A stretch of 64,000 bases of DNA from Heterodontus francisci (taxonomy: Eukaryota): NCBI RefSeq assembly GCF_036365525.1, contig NC_090375.1:136250982-136314981 (forward strand), read 5' to 3'. The position numbers were made by a program, and so were the translations under genes. The notes beneath the pieces are model-generated. The model ran no database searches, had not been told where the DNA came from, and saw only the letters and a list, made by a program, of their open reading frames with translations. Shown here one piece after another: positions 1 to 12,699 of the stretch (position 1 is its first letter; each line of letters starts with the position of its first letter).

Positions 1-134
1 CCTTCTCTTCTTCCCAGCAGGTTTAAAATCAATGTTCATCTGACAAAATAAATATGCCTCATTCTTGGCAGGTGGGGGCCTGCATGACATAGTTTACAGC
101 AACTAGACAGTCCTTCAAGGCACAAAAACTCCAA

Positions 135-2142
135 AAGTTAAGGCAGTCAACCGTGGATACCAAAGGAAGTTAAGAATTGTATAATATTAAAAGAAAGGCT
201 TATTAAGTTGCCAGAAATAGTAGTAAACCTGAAGATTGGGAGGATTTTAGAATACAGCAAAGGATGTGAATAAACTGATAAAGAAAGGGAGAGTAGAATA
301 TGAATGTAAGCTAGCAAAAAATATAAAAACGAACTCTAAAAGCTTCTACAGGTACGTGAAAAGGAAATGTTTGGCTAAGACAAATGCGTGTCCATTACAG
401 AGAGTCAGGAGAATTTATAATGGGGAATAGAGAAATGGCAGAGAAGCTAAATGATTACTTTGTGTCTGTCTTCACTGAGGAAGGTACAACAAATCTCCCA
501 GAGAATCCAAGGGATTAGGGGAGAATGAGGAATTGAAGGAAATTAGTATTAGTAAGGAGTTGTATTGGAGTTATTAATGGGGCTGAAGGTTCATAAGTCC
601 CCAGGACCTGATATTCTACATCCCAGAGAGTTGAAAGAAGTAGCTATGGAGATAGTGGATGCATTGGTGATCATCTTTCAAAATTCTATAGATTCTGGAG
701 CGGTTCTTGCAGATTGTAAGGTCACAAATATCACCCCACTATTTAAGAAAGGAGGGAGAGAGAAAACAGGGAATTACAGATCTGTTAGCCTTACATCAGT
801 CATTGGGAAAATGCTAGAATCTATTTTAAAGGATGTGATAAATGGATACTTGGAGAATAATGATCTGATTGGGCATAGCCAACATGGATTTATGAATGGG
901 AAATCATGTTTGATGAACCTGTTGGAATTTTTTGAGGATGTTGCTAACAGAATTGATAAAGGGGAGTCAGTGGACATGGTAAACTTGGATTTTCAGAAGG
1001 CTTTTGATAAAGTCCCCCACAGGAGGTTGGTTAGTGAAATTAAAGCACATGGGATAGGAGGTGCTATACTGGCATGGATTAAGGATTGGTTAACAGGCAG
1101 AAAGCAGAAAGTAGGAATAAACGGGTCATTCTCGTGTTGGCAGGCTGTGTTTAGTGGGGTACCACAGGGATCGGTGCTTGGACCCCTTCTGTTTACAATA
1201 TATATTAATGATTTGGATGTGGGGACCAAATGTAGTATTTCTAAGTTTGCGGATGAGACAAAACTAGGTTGGAATGTGTGTTGTGAGGAAAATGCAAAGC
1301 GGCTTCAAGGGGTTTTGGATAGACTTAGCGAATATAATGTGGAAAAATGTAAAGTTATCCACTTTGGTAGGAGGAATAGATGTGCAGAGTATTTCTTAAA
1401 TGGTAAGAGATTAGAAAGTGCAGATGTTAAAGGGGACCTGAGTGTCCTTGGCTGTAAGTCACTGAAAGCTAACATGCAGATGCAGCAAACAATTCAGAAG
1501 GCTAATGGTATGTGAGCCTTTATCGCAAGAGGAATTGAGTACAAGAGTAGTGAAGTCTTGCTTCAATTGTATAGAACCTTGGTTAGACTGCACCTGGAGT
1601 ACTGTGTGCAGTTTTGGTCCCCTTACCTTAGGGAGGATATTATTGCCATAGAGGCAGTGCAACAAAGGTTCACCAGACTTGTTCCCGGAATGGCGGGACT
1701 GTCCTATGAAGAGAGATTGGGGAAACTGGGCCTGTATTCCCTAGAGTTTTGAAGAATGAGAGGTGATCTCATTGAAACCTACAAAATGCTTAAAGGGATA
1801 GAGAGGGTAGATGCGGGTAAGATGTTTCCCTAGTTGGGGAGTCTAGAACCAGGGGACACAATTTCAAAATAAAGGGGAAGCCACTTAGGATAGAGATGAG
1901 GAGATATTTCTTTACTCAGAGGGTTGGGAATCTATAGAATTCTCTACCCCAGAGGGCTGTGGAAGTTCAGTCACTGAGTATGTTTAAATCAGAGATTGAC
2001 AGAATTCTAAATACAAATGACATAAGGGGATATGAGGATAGTGTGGGAAAAAGCCATTGAAGTGGAAGATCAGCCCTGATTGTATTGAGTGGCGGGGCAG
2101 GTTCAATGGGCTGAATGGCCTACTCCTGCTCCTATGTTCCTA
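135..2142 (+). mobile_element. CR1-clade LINE (HER1-like), 5'-truncated, decayed ORF2 plus 3' UTR
   Basis: ORF 565..1515 has the CR1 RT motifs KSPGPD, NYRSVSLTS, QHGF, DFQKAFDKVPH, GVPQGSVLGPLLF and FADE (degenerate FADD). The C-terminus LYRTLVRLHLEYCVQFWSP follows at 1558..1752, and the element ends GGCCTACTCCTGCTCCTATGTTCCTA. Confidence 0.95.
565..1515 (+). pseudogene. CR1 ORF2 reverse transcriptase fragment (catalytic FADD changed to FADE)
   Basis: Translated ORF track; flanking parts of ORF2 are broken by stops and frameshifts. Confidence 0.9.
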
Positions 2143-2925
2143 AAAGGCTGTAAGGATAAACACAGCAGCCACAGGCCAGTCAGTTTAACCTCAGTGGGGG
2201 GAAAGCTTTTAGATATGATAACCCAAGACAAAATTAACAGTGGACAAGTGTGGATTAATTAGGGAAAGCCAGCATAGATTTCTTCAAGGCAAATCCTGTT
2301 TAACTAATTTGATTGAGTTTTTTGATGTGTTAACAGAGATGTTTGATGAAGGTAATGTGGTTGATGTGATGTGTATGGACTTCCAAAAGACGTTTGATTA
2401 GGTGCTACATAACAGACTTGCTCGAAAATTTGAATCCATGGAATGAAAGGGTAAATGGCTGCATGGGTACAAAGTAGGCTGAGCAACAGGAAATTGAGAG
2501 TAGCGTTAAACAGTTGTTTTTCAGACTGGAGGAAGGTACAGGAGATTTCTCAGAGGTCGGTACTGGAACCACTGCTTTTCTTGATCTATATTAATGAACT
2601 AAAATTGGGTGTACAGGACACAATTTCAAAACTTGCCGATGACACAAAACTAGAAAGTATAGTGAACTGTGAGGAGGATAATGATAGACTTCAAGAGGGC
2701 ATAAACAGGCTGGTGGAATGGGCAGACACTTGGCAGATGAAATTTAATGCAAAGGAATGTGAAGTGATACATTTTGGTAGTAATAAACAAAGAGAGGCAA
2801 TATAAAATAAAGGGCACATTTCTAAAGAGGGTACAGGAACAGGGAGACCTAGGGTACATGTGCACAAATTGTTGAAGGTGGTTATAAAGGCATACAGGAT
2901 CCTGGGTTTTATAAACAGAGACATA

Positions 2926-3738
2926 GGGCTGCATTTTAAGAGTCTGCCGCCGAAGTAGGTCGCAGGCGTAAAAACATGTGGCCCGCCCACATGGGCACCA
3001 GGTCATGGAGCCGCCACAATTTCAAACACGGCGGCTCATTTGCATAGCCTTGGTGCCCACCCCCTGAAATGATGTGGAGGGGACAGGCGAGCCATCACTG
3101 GCAATGTCATCTGGCGCCAATGCGCATGCACCAGCTCCATTTTTAAAAGGCTGACGGCCCTCAATAGACATTTAAAATTTAAAGGGCCTGGTAAGTGAAT
3201 GTTTTGAAAAAATAATTATATTACCTTTCCAAGCATTTTCCCACCCCTCCCGATGGCATTTCAAAACATTCCTGCCCTTTTCCCCACCTGGATTTCATAT
3301 ATTGAGAATGTGACCTGTCTGCCCCCACGCCAAACCTTTGCTCTTTACCCCTTCCCATCACTTCTCCCCATCGACCAATCCATAGCATTGTCACCCTGCT
3401 CCCTCCTCCCACACAGAGAAAATATCCTCCTCCCCCCTCCCCACAGGTGTCGTGCCACATTTCCCCAGACAGGGATTCGAAGGTGTGGCATTGTTGGCCA
3501 CCCAAATGAAGATCGGTGCGATGATTAAGGAGGCAACGGGACCCTCATTAAATCAGGTATTTAAATTCATTTACATATTGAAATGTGGGTCCCATCGCCA
3601 AGCGGCGAGGTGGCCGCCATGAGGCCTTGCTGCCGCCGCCAAGATCGTCATGGGGTTTTCCACTGTCGGGGTCGGTGGCGGGCCTCTGCCGTACCAATCT
3701 TCATTGCCCCCTCGCGAAGGGGTTTTAAAATGCAGCCC
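2926..3738. mobile_element. Non-autonomous DNA transposon (MITE), PIF/Harbinger-like
   Basis: Perfect 14-bp TIR GGGCTGCATTTTAA (2926-2939) / TTAAAATGCAGCCC (3725-3738), with 3-bp TSD ATA. Removing it restores the host CR1 sequence (AGAGACATAGAGTACAAA). Confidence 0.9.
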
Positions 3739-4146
3739 ATAGAGTACAAATGCAAGAGAGTTATGATGAACCCTGATAAAACACTGGTTTGGCCTCAACT
3801 GGAGTATTGTGTCCAATTCTGGGCACCATGCTTTCGAAAGGGTGCAGAAAAGATTTACAAGGATGGTTCCAGTTATGAAGGACTTCAGTTACGCAGATAG
3901 ATTAGAGAAGCTGGAGCTGATCTCCTTGGAGAAGAAAAGATTGAGAGAAGATTTGATCGAGATGTTCAAAATCATGAAGGGTCTAGACAGAGTAGATGGA
4001 GAGAAATTGTTCTCATTGGCGGAAGGGTCGAGAACCAGAGGATACCAATTTAAGGTGATTGGCAAAAGCACCAAAGGCAACCTGAGGAAAATCTTTTTTG
4101 TGCAGTGAGTGGTTAGGATCTGGAATGTACTGCCTGCGAGCATGGT

Positions 4147-4550
4147 ACGAACATACGTACATACGAACATATGAATTAGGAGCAGGAGTAGGCCACTTGG
4201 CCCATCGAGCCGGCTCCACCATTCAATAAGTTCATGGCTGAACTGATTACTCCACATTCCCACCCCCTTGCTTATCAAGAATCTATCTACCTCTGCCTTA
4301 AACATATTCAAAGACTCTGCTTCCACTGCCTTTTGAGGAAGAGAATTCCAAAGACTCACGCCCCTCTGAGAGAAAAAAATTCTCCTCATCTCTGTCTTAA
4401 ATGGATGACTCCTTATTTTTAAACAGTGACCTCCTCGTTCTAGATTCTCCCTCAAGGGGAAACATCCACCCTGTCAAGACCCCATTTATGCCTACTCTCT
4501 GTTTCCTGTTAGCTAACGAATCTTCTATCCATGCCAATATGTTACCCCCT
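4147..4550 (-). mobile_element. CR1 LINE 3' fragment with (TTCGTATG)n-type tail
   Basis: Minus-strand HPFKTEMRRIFFSQRGVSLWNSLP; tail ACGAACATACGTACATACGAACAT on the plus strand. Confidence 0.85.
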
Positions 4551-5132
4551 AGTTCAGATTCAATCAGGGGAAGCAACTGCAGGGCTACAGGGAAGGGGCA
4601 GGGGAGTGGGACTAGCTGAGTTGCACTTGTAGAGAGCCAGCATAGACACAATGGGCTGAATGGCCTCCTTCTGTGCTGTCACCATTTATAACCAAGCAAA
4701 CCAGGAGGAAATTTGAACAAAATCTATTGATGGCAATTGACGAACAAAGCTTTTAAAGAATATAGGCTTTACTATAAAAAAAAATCAATTGCAGCAGGTG
4801 CTCTGCCCATGAAAGTAGGGTTAAAGGTCAAAGTTGGTGATGGATGTGGCAATTTTCTCAATATTCTTGAGAAATGAAGTTAAAGGTTTACAATGAGGTT
4901 TCAGGTTCTGTCATTCACTCAGAGTCAGTGAATTATTGAAGTGTTGATATATTCTTCATCAAAGTAATACGGTTTCATCAGTTTTCTTATTGTAAGTGAT
5001 CCTTCTAGACAGCCAAATAATTGCAGTTGTAAAGGGCATTTTTACTAGCTGATTAAAAAAGCTTATGTCAGTTCTTCCGTAGTGTTCTCATGTAAATGCC
5101 CAACTTAAATAAATCAATTGCAAAATGCTCTT

Positions 5133-6640
5133 CTAGATGCTGGAAATCTGAAATAAGAACAGTAAAGTTTTGAAATGCTCTTTGGTCAAGCAGCACGGGT
5201 GGAGAAAGTAACGAAGTTAACATTTCAGGTTGAAATGGATAAGTTAGAGATGTAACAGTTTTTAAATAAGTACACGGGCAGGGAAAAGTGTTGAGGGGAG
5301 GAAAGGACAAAATGAAAGTTCTGTGATCAGGTGGATGGCAGGAGTGATTAAATGACAAAGTGATGATATTGCATGCAACTCCTGCTCCTTTACCATGCAA
5401 GTCCAGAGATGCAACACCTACCCTCTCATTTTAATTCTCCCTTCCCACTATCTAATACCCCAAACACCCCTTTCAGGTGAAACAGTTATTTACTTGTACT
5501 TCTTTCACTTTAGTATATTGCATTTGCTACCCATGATGTGGTCTCCTCTACATTGGGACAATCAAATGCAGAGTGGGTGATCGCTTTGCTGAACACTTCC
5601 ATTCAGTCCACAAGTGTGACCCTGAGCTTTTGTTCACTTGCCATTTTAATTTTCCATCCCACTCCCACTCTGACCTCTCTATCCTCAGCCTCTGGTACTG
5701 ATCTAATGAGCTGAATGGAAGCCTGAGAAACAGCAACTCACCTTTGGAGCAGGCAATTTATAGCCACCCAGAGTCAATATCGAGTTCAACAATTTCATAT
5801 TATAACAACTGCTCCCAATTTTTTTCGGGCAGCAAATACTGGTCATACTTCTGCTGTTGCCATTTATACCACCTGTAGGCCCATTGTTGGAGAATTTTCT
5901 GAACTTTGCTAATTATTACTTAACTTTGTAGAAATAGGAAAACAGGACGCAGCTTGTAGCTAACCTAACCAATGGTCAGGAAATGTAGACAGAGCAACTG
6001 ACCACAATCATCTGGCTTAGGAAGGGACAGAGCTCATGATGGATTTTGGGGAAGTGGACGCAGACTGTTCGTTACTGACTCTTCCGCTTTTATCATGTTT
6101 GTGCAACCTAGCCAGAAGTAACGGCCAGGTATAGTCTGGAGTGGGCATTGAATTAAGGAACTAGCGTGTTATGCTCGAACTAACGCTCTACTGACCTCGG
6201 ACTTTGCAAAGGGCACAGAGCTGCAGGTGGTCTTGTGGTTGTCCTGTGGTTTATGCTTAATTGTGAAACTGCTAGCTCTGCTTCTTTTATACTATATAAG
6301 TCCACGGCGATTTGTAGCTCGGGGGAGTAGCACTGGACCGCCTTTAGGTAAGGTGTGCAGTCCCATGATATCATGCAATAAAGTGTTTGTTCTCAACGTC
6401 TGAGTCCGGAGAATTTGTTCAGCAATTGGGCACAATCTGGATTTTCTCCAACACCCATCTTTTTTTCTTTACTTGTCCCATTACCACATCCTTTTATCTT
6501 GCACGATCATTCCTTTTGTCCTTTTAAATTACTCCCACTTTCCATCCTATCACAGAACTTCCCTTTTCTTCTTTCCCACTGCCCACCACCTTTCCTGCCT
6601 CTGTAATTACTTCAAAACTCTAACTACTTTCAGTTCTTCC
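5133..6640 (+). mobile_element. Penelope-like element remnant: inverted terminal-repeat piece, GIY-YIG endonuclease region and 3' region, split by a solo LTR
   Basis: About 5513-5610 translates VYCICYP*CGLLYIGTIKCRVGDRFAEHFHSV (GIY-YIG of PLEs). 5133-5240 matches, in inverted orientation, the repeat AGATGCTGGAAATCTGAAATAA seen at 14.7, 18.4, 28.7 and 42.0 kb. Confidence 0.8.
5885..6453 (+). mobile_element. Solo LTR (569 bp)
   Basis: Begins TGTTGGAGAA and ends TTCTCCAACA (10-bp inverted termini). 5-bp TSD CCCAT (5880-5884, 6454-6458). TATATAA near 6293 and AATAAA near 6377. Confidence 0.92.
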
Positions 6641-7045
6641 TAAATCCCTCTGCCCTGTCCCCTTCACCCTCGCCTCCAACAATAAGTGCGAGGAGCTTAT
6701 GGACTTCTTTACCACTAAGATTGAGACCATTTGAACAGCTGCCTCTGTCGCTCCCTTCCACTAGCCTACTGGGCTAAACTAACTCTAAAGTACACCCTGC
6801 CCTATCCCCGAACTCACATCTTTCTCTAGTTTTTTCCTGTCTCCCCTCATGCTCTCTCCAAGCTCATCTTGTTCATGAAACCCACCTCCTGCTCCCTTGA
6901 CCCTATTCTCATTAAACTGCTGACCAAACTTTTGGCCAGCTTCCCTAATATTGCCTTATGCAGCTCAGTTTCATATTTTGCTTTATAGTGCTCCTGTGAA
7001 GGACCTTGCAATGTTTTATTATCTTAAAGGCACTATGTACATCCA
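6640..7045 (+). mobile_element. L2-clade LINE fragment
   Basis: Translates KCEELMDFFTTKIETI and MKPTSCSLDPILIKLL, typical of L2 ORF2 just upstream of RT. Confidence 0.7.
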
Positions 7046-7049
7046 ACTA

Positions 7050-8000
7050 CAGCTAAGTAAACTGCATATAATGGATTGGTGATTCATTGCATTGATACAA
7101 TAACACTGAAGTGCAGCTACAATAAATCAGCATGGTCGTCACAGGTCTTTTATACACAAGATCCAGCTGTAGCAAAATTACCAGCATGCAGAGACCTTAA
7201 GCTGGTTACTATTCATAGGATCAACAATGTACCAGTGGGGATAGCAGATATCAAGGACAGCCCCATTGAGTTAGTCCTCAAACTGAAATCTCAAAACCCA
7301 GACTGGTTCAATACAATCAGCAGTTTTAAAGGGAGTGCAGTCTTACATATACAAGAGGATGCAATTCTCTCAATAGACCCTCTGAGAAAATGTAGCATTC
7401 ATATCCAAGGCAAATTAAAAGTCAAACGGCACAAAATAGTGCAAGATGGTATTATTTGTAAAGTACTACAGCACATGGACTGGTGCAGTTCTATTACGTG
7501 CGTGATCAAGAAGGACTGAACGATTAGGGTATGTCTACACCTGAGATGTCTTAACCGAGCATAGAAAAGATACCCACACAAGATTCTAATGTTGGAGGAG
7601 TTGAATCCAAAGTTTGTTGGTGCAAAAATCTTCTCCAAGTTTGATGCTATAAACAGTTACTGGTCTGTTCATCTGGCGAAAGGCTCACAAGAGTTGACAA
7701 CATTTTGAACAACATTTGGAAGGGAAGGTTTCCAAAGATTGTTTTTTGGATTATCAATCAACCAGGAATTGTTCCAAGAGCACATAGACCGAATAACTGA
7801 AGGGATACCAGGATGTAATCGCATCATTGATGATATTGCCATAGTTGGCATAATGAAGGAAGAACACAATTTCAATTTACACCTTTTAACAGAGGCAGTG
7901 CATCATGCAGGCCTTGTCTTCAATAGTCAAAAATGCGAGGTGAATGTGCATCACATTAACTTTTTCGGTTCTTGGTATTCGAGTGACAGTATTTGGCCGG
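7050..8000 (+). mobile_element. Outer Gypsy LTR retrotransposon, RT region (5' part); gag and 5' LTR not visible
   Basis: DWCSSITCVIKKD, IRVCL, AKIFSKFDA, YWSVHL, LTTF, FGLS..QELFQ and IIDDIAIVG RT motifs, with stops. Confidence 0.9.
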
Positions 8001-8788
8001 TGTCATGAAAATGTGCGAGGTCCAAGAATGATTATTTGAATCCACCAGCTGGAAACCTGAATATTAAACTGTGTAGTTGAAGGAGGTTTCTATTTGTTTT
8101 TTCCAGACAATTCCCTTCCCACAATAGCTCCCCTGTCAGGCTTAAGTAAGTAATCACGATGAACCACTCAAACCTTGCAAGCTTCGAACTCCTGTCTGCT
8201 GGATGTGATTACTTACTTAAGCCTGACAGGGGAGCTATTGTGGGAAGGGAATTGTCTGGAAAGAACAGATAGAAACCTCCTTCAACTACACAGTTTAGAG
8301 AGTACTTTCTGGACAGAACAGATCGCGAACTCCCTCGAAGGAATTCAGTCACATTGCTGTCTCCCGGAGAACCACTGAATCAGCGTCCACCTCTTCAAAC
8401 CAGAAGATTCTGGACAACTGAGTTCAATCTGGTCCCAGCTGAGTCACCAACCTCCATAGACTGTATTTCCCTGGACTCTAATTCAACCAATCTATCCTTC
8501 CCCCCCCCCCCCCCCCCACCTCCGTAACCTATTTCTGTGTGTGTGTGTGTGTTTCACAATTAGAGCATATTTTTATTGCTTTTAGTCAGTTTAAGTGCTA
8601 TAAAGTTAACCTCTTTAAACTTGAGAAAACCTGTCCGATTGGTTCTTTTAATAATCACGGCACATAAACAAGTTAAACACTCAATGAATTGGCAAGTATA
8701 GCGACTAGAAAAAAATAAATCTGCCGTGGTCAAACAAGGAGAGGGAAAAGAGGGAAGCCCTTCAACCCTTCCTCACCTGATCGTAACA
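8001..8788 (+). repeat. 5' LTR of the Gmr1-type element
   Basis: TGTCATGA...TCGTAACA termini. Shares GCTGGAAAC(C/T)TGAATATTAAACTG, GCCTGACAGGGGAGCTATTGTGG and GTGGTCAAACAAGGAGAGGGAAAAGAGGG with 18397-19429. Confidence 0.85.
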
Positions 8789-8794
8789 CAAATT

Positions 8795-8815
8795 TGGGGG
8801 CTGTGCATCTGAGAT
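8795..8815 (+). promoter_or_regulatory. Degenerate primer-binding site, tRNA-Pro-like
   Basis: TGGGGGCT a few bases after the LTR end; the canonical tRNA-Pro PBS begins TGGGGGCTCG. Confidence 0.55.
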
Positions 8816-8919
8816 CAAACTCAAAGACAAACGAGAAATTGGGAATGGGAAACCAAACTGATCACTAGCTATAATTTTAAAAAGTACTTTAATACAGGTT
8901 TTCTTGTGGTTCAGTGCTA

Positions 8920-9850
8920 GAATGTTTACATTCAAGGCCAGTATCTTCCTAGAACAAAGTGAAGTAACTTGGGATAGTTTAAAAGCTCTATCTGTTGAAG
9001 AGTTAAGGAGTATAGCTAGGCACTTAGAGATAAATATCCAGCCATAAGCTAGGAAACCCGAAATCCTAAAACTTGTGGCCAACCATTTTGAAATTGAAAC
9101 TGAAGAACCGGAAACAGGCATAGAATTTGAAACAGACAGAATAGCATTAGCCAAAATACAGCTGGAACAGCAGAGACTAGAGCTAGATTTCAAAGAAAAA
9201 AAAAAGAAATGGAAAGGCAGGAACGGAAGAGGAGAGAGAATTCCAGGAAAGGGACAGACAGGAATGGAAGAGGAGAGAGAATCCCATAAAAGGGAGCAAG
9301 AAAGAGCTTTCCAGAAGGAAAAGCAGGAAAGAGAGTAAAGGCAACTCGAATTAACTAGGGGAAGACCCAATATACCCAGTGGAGGCACTGCTAGTGAGGG
9401 AATTACCCCTAGCTTAGGACGGAGTGCTGAGCTCTTAAAGTTCTCGCAATTGATGCCAAATTTCAATGAGGGAGATACGGAAGCATTTTCATCTCATTTG
9501 AAAAGTTTGCAAAAAAGTTGAAGTGGCTGGCAGAGGGATGGACTCTGCTACTGCAACTTAACAGGAAAAGCCCATAAGGTTTATTCCCTATTATCCAACG
9601 AGAGTTCATCAAAATATGAGATGACCAAAAATGCTATCCTGAGTGCATACGAGCTGAAACCGGAGGTGTACCACCAAAATTTCTGAACTCTCCGAAAACT
9701 GCCTGAACAAACTTACATTGAATTTGAAAGGATTAAACAACTCACTTTTGACCGATGGATATGATGCTTAAGATAGACCCCACCTGTGAAAATCTCAGAG
9801 GGGTGATCCTCCTCGCGGAGTTCAAAAATTTGCTTCCAAAGTATCCCAAA
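8920..9850 (+). pseudogene. gag of the Gmr1-type element (coiled-coil plus capsid/SCAN-like region), frameshifted
   Basis: Glu/Arg/Lys-rich coiled coil (9075..9338), then LMPNFNEGDTEAF, LTGKAHKVYSLL, KNAILSAYELKPEVYHQNF and TYIEFERIKQLTFDRW. Confidence 0.75.
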
Positions 9851-10294
9851 GTATTAGTGAATGGTGTTGTGGCAAAGTATATGTCTATACCTTTTATACT
9901 GGGTGCATCTGGAGTGCGACCTTATTTCAGGACCAGTAACCATGGGGATTGTCCCTAGTTTACCTGTTGATGGGTCGACCTGCTCCTTGAAAATGACCTG
10001 GCGGGGGAGAAGGTGTAGCTTCCCCAGTGATTTTAGAGAGGCCAAAAGAGGTCAGGGAGACAGAGCAGTTATAAGAGAAGGTGCCTGGGGTTTTCCCTGA
10101 ATGTGTGGTGACCTGCTCCATGGCCAAACATACTGCATCAGAGTAGGTTGAATAGGCACTGCAGATGGATGACCTATTGTCTGATTATCCAAAACCTTCT
10201 TCGGGAATTTAGAGGCACCAAAGGAAGTGTTAAGCAGGTCTTCCTTGGTCGAGCCTTGGCAAGCCGACACAGTGTTAAAAGAAAGTTAGCATGG

Positions 10295-11230
10295 TGTCAT
10301 GCAGGCCCCCACCTGCCAAGAATGAGACACATTAGTTTTGCCACATGAACATTGATTTTTAAACTGTTATTGGAGTAAAAAAAAGAACTTGTTAAAAAAA
10401 AAACACCAGACCCTTGACTGCAAAGACAGTTAGTAACAGACAATACTTGGAAAGAACAAAGGGGTCACTCCCTGCTCCAATTTAATCCACAATGGACTTT
10501 TGATTACCAGACATTGAAGGTGGAGAGGCTAACATTCCAGCTTAACTGCTAAAATGGCTGAATACACAAACAGACATGGTCAGACCAGTTTAGTCACATG
10601 ACTAACTGGCTGTTGGAGTTTTTTGAATTTGAACTTGCCACAGAGTTTTAAAACTCAGAAAGCTTTTTGCTGCTGGACTGAGAACATCTCTCTCCTGTCT
10701 GCTCCCATCTCTTTTTCACAGAACTGAAGACTCATTGCAGACACATGAATTCCAAGAGAGAAAAGTCTCCTACAGTGATCAAGGTTTAAGAAGAATACTG
10801 GGCCTCAATGAAAAACAAGAATTACCTACAAGCAAGAACTACCTTCAAAAAGAGTACAGTGAACTCAAAGCACAGTAACAAGAAACTCTTCTGATATTGC
10901 CTCAAACCTCTCCACTTTATTTTTCTTCTGCTCTTTTCTGTCTCTATTTGCATGTGCGTATCGCGTGTGCATGCTAGCATGGTACGTAGCACGTACCCAT
11001 AGGAGTTAACCAAATTAGAGTTTAAGTTTTAATAAATTTCACTTTGCTTCTTTAAACCTAAGAAAGCCTGTTTGTGCTCATTTCTTTGCCTTATAATTGG
11101 AAAATGGTGAACAAGGATTCACCAAGGAGTATCTCAAAACACGGTGTATTTAAAAATTAAATCCTGTTACAATAAGACCTGGTGAAGGCTGAGAAAGACC
11201 CCGAGACACTTTTCTCACCTGGTGGTAACA
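10295..11230 (+). mobile_element. Solo LTR (936 bp) of a related Gypsy family nested in the Gmr1 pol region
   Basis: TGTCATG...GGTAACA termini with 4-bp TSD ATGG (10291-10294, 11231-11234). Its 3' end CTCACCTGGTGGTAACA resembles the host LTR end. Confidence 0.92.
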
Positions 11231-11289
11231 ATGGACTGCCCAAACTGAAGCTGAAGCAGAGGGAGTTCCAGAGTGCTACTATTTAAAGG

Positions 11290-12420
11290 ATGAGGCGCTG
11301 ATGAGGAAGTGGCGACCTCCTCACAGACCTGCAGATGAAGAGTGGACAATCGTTCACCAGGCAATGGTTCTGCATCAGTACTGTGAGGAAATATTGAAAA
11401 TAGCCCACGAAATTGCAATGGCTGTTCATGTCAGTATCCAAAAAACCCAAGCCTGTATAATACAGCATTTTGACTGGCCAATACTCCACAAGGATGTGGT
11501 GGAGTTCTATAAAACTTGCCACACATGCCAGGTTGTTAGGAAGCCACAACCTGCAAAAAAGCCTGTACCACTAATTCCCATACTGGCTTTTGGGGAACCA
11601 TTCAGCAGAGTGCTGGTGGATTGTTTGGGGCCACTGCCGAAAATAAAAGGGGGCTACCAGTATCTTCTCACCATTATGGATGTGGCTACTCGATTTTCAT
11701 AGGCCGTGCCCCTAAGAACTATCTCTGCTAAGATAGTGGTGGAGTGCCTAACACAATTCTTTACCCGATATGGGCTGCCTGCTGAGATCCAATCAGATCA
11801 GGGCACAAATCTTATGTCCAGTATGTTTTAAAAGGTCATGGGTAATCTAGGCATAACCCCGTTAAAGTCCTCAGCCTACCACCCACAGTCAGAAGGGGCT
11901 TTGGAGCGGTACCACCAAGACAATGATCAGGGCAGACTGCTATTAGTACCCCCATGACTGGGACAAAGGGCTGGGATTTCTTCTATTTGCTACCAGGGAC
12001 TCACCCAATCAGTCCACTGGCTTTAGTCCCTTTGAGTTAGTTTATGGACATGAGGTGAGAGGTCCTCCAAAACTAATCAAGGCGAGGTTTTTAGGACACG
12101 GGGATGAATCTTCCATGTTAGACTACATCTCCATGTTCCATTAGCAGCTCACGAGAGCCTGTGCAGTGGCTTAGGAACACTTAAAAACCTGCCAGACAAC
12201 TATGAAAGGGCAGGCAGATAAACATGCCAAGGCCAGAACATTACAGCTCAGAGACTATGCTACTCCCAATACAGGGTGAACCATTGAAAGCCCGGTTCAG
12301 TGGCCCATACAGAGTAATAAAGAGAATTAGCCAGGTGAATTATATAATTGACACCCCAGATCATAGGAAAAAGCAAAGGCTGTGCCACATCAATATGTTA
12401 AAGCAGTACCACATCCAGGA
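11290..12420 (+). pseudogene. Retroelement integrase (HHCC zinc finger, rve core, GPY/F motif), disrupted
   Basis: AHE...H...KTCHTCQ, PFSRVLVDCLGPLP, LLTIMDVATRF, EIQSDQGTN, SAYHPQSEGALER and ARFSGPYRV. Confidence 0.92.
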
Positions 12421-12699
12421 AGAGGACAAACAAGCACAGATCTGTCAGGCAGTCAGGAAAGAGGCGGGCAAAAGGGACAGTGAGGATGAGTTAGAGAGAG
12501 GCCTGGAGGATTCCAAAATCAAACCCCCTACTGTCTGGTTAGCCAACACTGAAATGTTAGGGAGGTTAGACACTGTACTATCCTATCTAAAAGCAGAACA
12601 GAGAAGAGACCTAACAAGGCTGCTCACAGCATTTAAAGCAATCTGCAGGGACAAACCAGAGTGCACAGCCCGAGCCCGACACGATGTGGATGTTGGAGA

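Larger units (their letters stand above)
2143..4690 (+). mobile_element. Older degraded CR1 LINE interrupted by a MITE (2926-3738) and an antisense CR1 piece (4147-4550)
   Basis: RT fragments LFLIYINEL, LADDTKL, WADTWQMKFN (2455..2805) and LEYCVQFWAP, RVQKRFTRM (3750-4108); CR1-type 3' end GGGCTGAATGGCCTCCTTCTGTGCTG at about 4650-4680. Confidence 0.85.

Noticed and set aside
4920-5010. Possible minus-strand terminal exon (RITYNKKTDETVLL* or LEGSLTIRKLMKPYYFDEEYINTSIIH*)
   Set aside because: Weak acceptor, peptide not recognised and no partner exons found.
8499-8551. Poly-C run and (TG)n tract
   Set aside because: Simple repeats inside the LTR; the TG tract is also in the 3' LTR at about 19200.
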